This document shows positions 55,630-59,789 of a stretch of DNA of 59,789 nucleotides, one piece after another (position 1 is the stretch's first letter; every line of letters begins with the position of its first letter). The notes below the pieces were generated by a model, which saw only the letters and a list, made by a program, of their open reading frames with translations, did not search any database and was not told the DNA's origin. Origin of the DNA: a bacterium UBP13_UBA5359 (GTDB taxonomy: Bacteria; UBP13; UBA5359); NCBI GenBank assembly GCA_002410925.1, contig DHPR01000035.1, positions 1 to 59,789 on the forward strand, read 5' to 3'. The position numbers were made by a program, and so were the translations under genes.

Positions 55630-58200
55630 ATGCGATTCGACAAATTCACCGTTAAAGCTCAGGAAGCTGTTCAAATAGCACAAGGACTGGCTGAAGAAAA
55701 GAGTCATCAGCAGGTTGATGTAGAGCATTTGCTGATGGCTCTCCTGCAGCAGGAAGATGGTTTGGCATCTCCTGTTTTGGCTAAGCTGGGAGCCGATATC
55801 GGCGGTATAATGTCAGAGCTCAGAGAAGCTATAGCTCGTATACCCAAGGTGCATGGCGCCGGCCAGATGTATATCTCTGACGGACTGCGCCTGATTTTCG
55901 ATCAGGCGTGGAAAGAGATAGAACGCTTTCAGGATGAATATCTCAGTGCTGAGCATCTGCTTCTGGCCATTGCCGGCGACAAGGGCGTTGCCGGGCAGAT
56001 ACTGCGTTCCAAAGGTGCTACCGTGGAGAGTATCCTCAAAGCATTGGCCGATATACGCGGCAGCCAGAGAGTCACGGATCCCAATCCCGAAGATAAGTAT
56101 CAGGCATTGGAGAAATTCAGCCGCGATCTGACGGAAGCAGCCCGCCAGGGCAAGTTGGATCCGGTTATCGGCCGCGATGAAGAGATACGCCGGGTAATTC
56201 AGGTGTTGTCGCGTCGCACCAAGAATAATCCGGTATTGATAGGCGAACCGGGAGTGGGCAAGACTGCTATTGTAGAGGGTCTGGCCAGACGTATCATCAG
56301 TGGCGATGTGCCGGAGGGATTGAAGGAGAAGCGCCTGGTAGCTATGGACCTTGGCGCCATGATTGCCGGCGCCAAGTATCGCGGAGAGTTTGAAGACCGT
56401 CTTAAAGCCCTGCTCAAAGAGGTGATCTCTTCCGAGGGAGGAATAATCCTCTTTATAGATGAGCTGCATACGTTAGTAGGCGCCGGTTCCGCTGAAGGAG
56501 CCGTTGACGCCGCTAACATGCTCAAGCCGGCTCTGGCCAGGGGAGAATTGCGTTGCATAGGAGCTACTACGCTGGATGAGTATCGCAAATACATAGAGAA
56601 AGATGCCGCTCTGGAACGTCGCTTTCAACCGATTGTGGTGCAGGAGCCTTCGGTTGAAGATGCCATTGCCATTTTGCGTGGGCTCAAAGAACGCTATGAA
56701 GTACACCATGGCGTACGTATTATGGATGATGCCCTGGTAGCTGCCGCCACTCTTTCCAACAGATATATTACCGATCGTTTTCTTCCGGATAAGGCGGTGG
56801 ATCTGGTAGATGAAGCCGCCTCATGTCTACGTATAGAGATCGATAGTCTGCCTACCGAGATAGATGAGGTGGAGCGCCGTATAATGCAGCTTGAGATAGA
56901 GCGCCAGGCACTGTCACGGGAGAGCGATAAGGCCTCAGCTGAGCGCCTGCGCAAGCTGGAGGAGGAATTGGAGAGCCTGAAGGCTCAGAGCGCTGGCATG
57001 AAGGAGCATTGGAATCGGGAGAAAGAGATAATCAGCCGTATTCGCAGCACCAAAGAGACTATCGAGAGGGCCAGCCAGGAGGAGGAAGCAGCTGAGCGTA
57101 AGGGAGACCTTGCCCGGGCGGCCGAGCTTCGTTTCGGTGTCAAGCTAAATCTGACCCGTATTTTAGAAGAGGCCAATAAGGAACTGGTAGAACTGCAAAA
57201 GAATAAGAGAATGCTCAAAGAAGAGGTTGAAGCCGAGGATATTGCTGCGGTAGTAGCCAAATGGACCGGGATTCCGGTGGCCCGCATGATGGAAGGAGAG
57301 ATAGAACGGCTACTGAAGATGGAGAGCATCATGAAGGGAAGAGTCATCGGACAGGATGCCGCTGTGGATGCTGTTGGCAGAGCAGTAAGGCGCTCCCGTT
57401 CCGGCCTCGCTGATCCCGACAGGCCTACCGGTAGTTTTATCTTTCTGGGGCCGACGGGGGTGGGCAAGACAGAACTGGCTCGTACTTTAGCCGATTTTCT
57501 GTTTGATAACGAACGAGCTATGATTCGTATAGACATGAGCGAATATATGGAGAAGCATACCGTCTCCCGCCTGGTGGGAGCGCCTCCCGGATACGTAGGA
57601 TATGACGAGGGAGGCCAGCTTACCGAAGCCGTCAGGAGAAGACCATATTCCGTAGTGCTCTTGGATGAGATAGAGAAGGCCCATCCCGACGTCTTCAATA
57701 TTCTGCTGCAGGTGCTTGACGACGGCCGGTTGACAGACGGCCAGGGCAGGACCGTAGACTTCAGGAATACGGTTATTATTATGACCTCTAACCTGGGCAG
57801 CGAGCTTTTGGGGGAGAGCGTAGACGATAAATCACGGCAGGCGGTTATGGATCTGCTGCGGCAGCATTTCCGGCCTGAATTTCTCAATCGCGTAGATGAA
57901 ATTGTAATCTTTAACATGCTGGGGCGGCTGGAAATAGAGCGTATTGTGGATATCCAGGCTGCCCGGCTCAAGGAGCGGCTGGCCGATAAAGGCATTACTC
58001 TGGAGCTGACGCCGGAGGCCAAGGCCCGGCTGGCTCGAGAGGGTTTCGATCCTGCCTACGGTGCCAGGCCGCTGAAGCGCGTTATACAAAGGCGTTTGCA
58101 GGATGAACTGGCCATGAAGCTCTTGGAAGGAGAGATTGCCGGGGGCACTTCAATAAGGGTTGCAGTGAGGGATGACGAGTTATCTTTTGAGAAGGTCTGA
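55630..58200 (+). CDS. clpB: ATP-dependent disaggregase ClpB
   Basis: MRFDKFT, Clp-[23 protein letters not shown], long coiled-coil M-domain, GPTGVGKT, no IGF loop. Confidence 0.97.
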   Translation: MRFDKFTVKAQEAVQIAQGLAEEKSHQQVDVEHLLMALLQQEDGLASPVLAKLGADIGGIMSELREAIARIPKVHGAGQMYISDGLRLIFDQAWKEIERFQDEYLSAEHLLLAIAGDKGVAGQILRSKGATVESILKALADIRGSQRVTDPNPEDKYQALEKFSRDLTEAARQGKLDPVIGRDEEIRRVIQVLSRRTKNNPVLIGEPGVGKTAIVEGLARRIISGDVPEGLKEKRLVAMDLGAMIAGAKYRGEFEDRLKALLKEVISSEGGIILFIDELHTLVGAGSAEGAVDAANMLKPALARGELRCIGATTLDEYRKYIEKDAALERRFQPIVVQEPSVEDAIAILRGLKERYEVHHGVRIMDDALVAAATLSNRYITDRFLPDKAVDLVDEAASCLRIEIDSLPTEIDEVERRIMQLEIERQALSRESDKASAERLRKLEEELESLKAQSAGMKEHWNREKEIISRIRSTKETIERASQEEEAAERKGDLARAAELRFGVKLNLTRILEEANKELVELQKNKRMLKEEVEAEDIAAVVAKWTGIPVARMMEGEIERLLKMESIMKGRVIGQDAAVDAVGRAVRRSRSGLADPDRPTGSFIFLGPTGVGKTELARTLADFLFDNERAMIRIDMSEYMEKHTVSRLVGAPPGYVGYDEGGQLTEAVRRRPYSVVLLDEIEKAHPDVFNILLQVLDDGRLTDGQGRTVDFRNTVIIMTSNLGSELLGESVDDKSRQAVMDLLRQHFRPEFLNRVDEIVIFNMLGRLEIERIVDIQAARLKERLADKGITLELTPEAKARLAREGFDPAYGARPLKRVIQRRLQDELAMKLLEGEIAGGTSIRVAVRDDELSFEKV

Positions 58201-58336
58201 AAGCCGGTTTTTTATCCTTCCTTCTGCAAACTTTTCTGCATGAAGGAATCTTCAGCGATACAAATGGAAAACATAAATAGGGTACGCTCTTAATGCAGGC
58301 ACCTTGGAATACATCTATTCCGCTTCATGGGTTCTC

Positions 58337-58373
58337 TTGCATTTGCAATCTTTTTATATTAAAATGATTACAA
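58337..58373 (+). promoter_or_regulatory. promoter plus Per/Fur-box-like operator of perR
   Basis: TTGCAT-17-TAAAAT overlapped by 7-1-7 TTAAAAT-G-ATTACAA. Confidence 0.6.
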
Positions 58374-58480
58374 ATTAAAAACCTTTAAAATCTAAGTCAG
58401 GATGGAGACCTATCTTTGCTGACGTTTGGGTAAGCAGGCTCATTTTATTTAAATCTCAGTGAGCGAAGGGAGAAGCGGCA

Positions 58481-58903
58481 ATGCAGATTGAGAGAATGAT
58501 TCGCAGGTTTCGTGAAGCAGGTTTAAAGATAACACCACAACGTGTGGCTATATTTGAATATCTTTACACCACCACCTCACATCCAACGGTAGATGATATA
58601 TATGCATATATTACCGGCCGTTTCCCCAGTGTTTCCCTAACGACTGTTTATAATACATTGCAGACCATGGTCGGTTTGGGAGAGATTGAAGAGATAGCCA
58701 TCAGTCACGAGCGCAGGAACTTCGATCCGGATACCAGGCCTCATTCTCATATTATGTGCGTCAAATGCAAAAGAATAGAGGATATTTATACCGATAATCT
58801 CAGTGAGAATTGTCTGCCGGAATCTGTGCGGAAGAGATACCGCATTCTGGGCCAGAGGATATACTTTTACGGCCTCTGTTCACGGTGTGTTGCTGAGAAA
58901 TAG
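58481..58903 (+). CDS. perR: Fur-family regulator, PerR-like
   Basis: KITPQR, SHPTVDDIY, SLTTVYNTL, FD..PHSH, CxxC...CxxC. Confidence 0.8.
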   Translation: MQIERMIRRFREAGLKITPQRVAIFEYLYTTTSHPTVDDIYAYITGRFPSVSLTTVYNTLQTMVGLGEIEEIAISHERRNFDPDTRPHSHIMCVKCKRIEDIYTDNLSENCLPESVRKRYRILGQRIYFYGLCSRCVAEK

Positions 58904-58918
58904 ATTCGTAGCAGCGAC

Positions 58919-58965
58919 TTGACATTAGCAGAGCAACGATATAGAATACTTTGTAATGGTTACAA
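58919..58965 (+). promoter_or_regulatory. promoter plus Per/Fur-box-like operator of the downstream Clp ATPase
   Basis: TTGACA-17-TAGAAT, then TTGTAAT-G-GTTACAA palindrome at the TSS. Confidence 0.7.
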
Positions 58966-59076
58966 TTTAATAAAAGTTTCATACTGAAGGATGAAAAATA
59001 TCCGGAGGATGGGAATATCAGACTTGGATCGAGCGACAAGCATCGAGTGCCGAGCTGCAAGGAGGGGGAAGAGAGG

Positions 59077-59789
59077 ATGAAATGTCAGATATGCAATAAA
59101 GAGAACGCTTCTATACATCTGACCAAAATATCCGGCGGAGAGGCTGAAGAGCTCTGGATATGTGAAAGATGTGCTCGTGAACACGGTTTTCTTGATAGTG
59201 GTCTGGGTATGCCGTTTGGGGGAATCAGTGATGCAGCATCACTGGGAGGCATGATCTCCTTCCTTCTGCCGGAAATAAATGCAGGCAGAGGAGCAGGCAA
59301 CAGGCTTTCAAAGAGATCGCAGATGTTGCTGAATGCTGCGGATCAGATGGCCAGGGATGCCGGCTTGGAAGCGCCGCATGCAGTACACCTGCTGAGAACT
59401 CTGCTACAGGAGCCGCGAGGCTTTGCCAGATTCCTTGTTGAAGCTGGGGGTGTGAATATTAATACCCTGGTGAAGGAGCTTGAGAGCGCTGGCAAGGAGA
59501 GTGCCGGAACCGAGGCAGACAGAGCGGAGCTTAATGCTGTTCTGCAAGCCGCTGGCGATGAGGCACAACGTACTCGCAGCACACAGATAGAGCCGGAGCA
59601 CATACTTATGGCTATATTGCGTCAGAGTGAGAACAGAGCGGCCGCAATGCTGACGAGATTAGGATTCAATCCACAGCAAGCTCAGGCCCGCCTGGATCAT
59701 CTGAGAAAGGAAGGAGGTGGCATTTCCGCCATGATGAACAATAGCAATGCAACTGCCTCAGAGAAGGCGCTTGAGACATACGGCAGAGA
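59077..59789 (+). CDS. Hsp100/Clp ATPase, 5' part: zinc-finger domain + Clp-N repeats (runs off the window; not in the ORF track)
   Basis: MKCQICNKENASIHLTKISGGEAEELWICERCA, then Clp-N (RLSKRSQMLL...HAVHLL...IEPEHILMAIL) and ALETYGR leading into AAA-1. Confidence 0.85.
   Translation, partial: MKCQICNKENASIHLTKISGGEAEELWICERCAREHGFLDSGLGMPFGGISDAASLGGMISFLLPEINAGRGAGNRLSKRSQMLLNAADQMARDAGLEAPHAVHLLRTLLQEPRGFARFLVEAGGVNINTLVKELESAGKESAGTEADRAELNAVLQAAGDEAQRTRSTQIEPEHILMAILRQSENRAAAMLTRLGFNPQQAQARLDHLRKEGGGISAMMNNSNATASEKALETYGR

Noticed and set aside
56985-58022. 345-aa antisense ORF
   Set aside because: Ser/Arg-rich antisense shadow typical of clpB/Hsp100 genes
58241-58275. Additional SigH-like promoters (58241-58275 and 8830-8857)
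   Set aside because: The -35 AGGAAT is present but the -10 is GAAA/CATA or mis-spaced, so not supported
59027-59053. Possible CIRCE element before the Clp ATPase
   Set aside because: Only a GAGTGCCGA half-site; the left arm does not match TTAGCACTC

Overview
Bacterial chromosomal window, almost all genes on the + strand. Firmicutes-style housekeeping genes (AddAB, a YqzL-like ORF before pheST, SigH-like promoters, PerR) sit alongside a diderm marker, a phosphate-porin-like beta-barrel protein. In order: tRNA-Leu(TAG); an orphan wHTH and response regulator; a small YqzL-like ORF plus a terminator ahead of pheS-pheT (PheT lacks the B2 domain); cvpA-like gene, 3-methyladenine glycosylase, DUF4127 protein, FAD oxidoreductase, AAA ATPase, mutM, nitroreductase, an orphan sugar-binding lipoprotein, addBA, and a decayed SNF2 helicase. 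Next comes a ~15.6 kb GntR/LacI-regulated glycan locus: DUF1559-type prepilin, three CBM9-like proteins, a metallophosphoesterase, an unclassified GH-like protein, LamG/PHP, GH20-like, LamG and GH38, with no transporter. Then a heavy-metal P-type ATPase, a CsoR/CstR-family regulator with two signal-peptide thioredoxins, a phosphoesterase, rhaA, and a full Pho locus (phoPR, porin, pstSCAB, phoU) interrupted by a Phd-Uma2 gene and an AbiEi remnant. The window ends with clpB, perR and the start of a zinc-finger/Clp-N Hsp100. Best candidates for new biology: the pilin-headed, transporter-less glycan locus; a T-box-free attenuator of pheST that may use the YqzL-like ORF as leader peptide; a CstR-like/exported-thioredoxin redox module; a REP palindrome inserted in frame in a protein; and a 33-bp motif shared by two DNA-repair gene leaders. 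All family assignments are from motif recognition by eye; no database searches were run.
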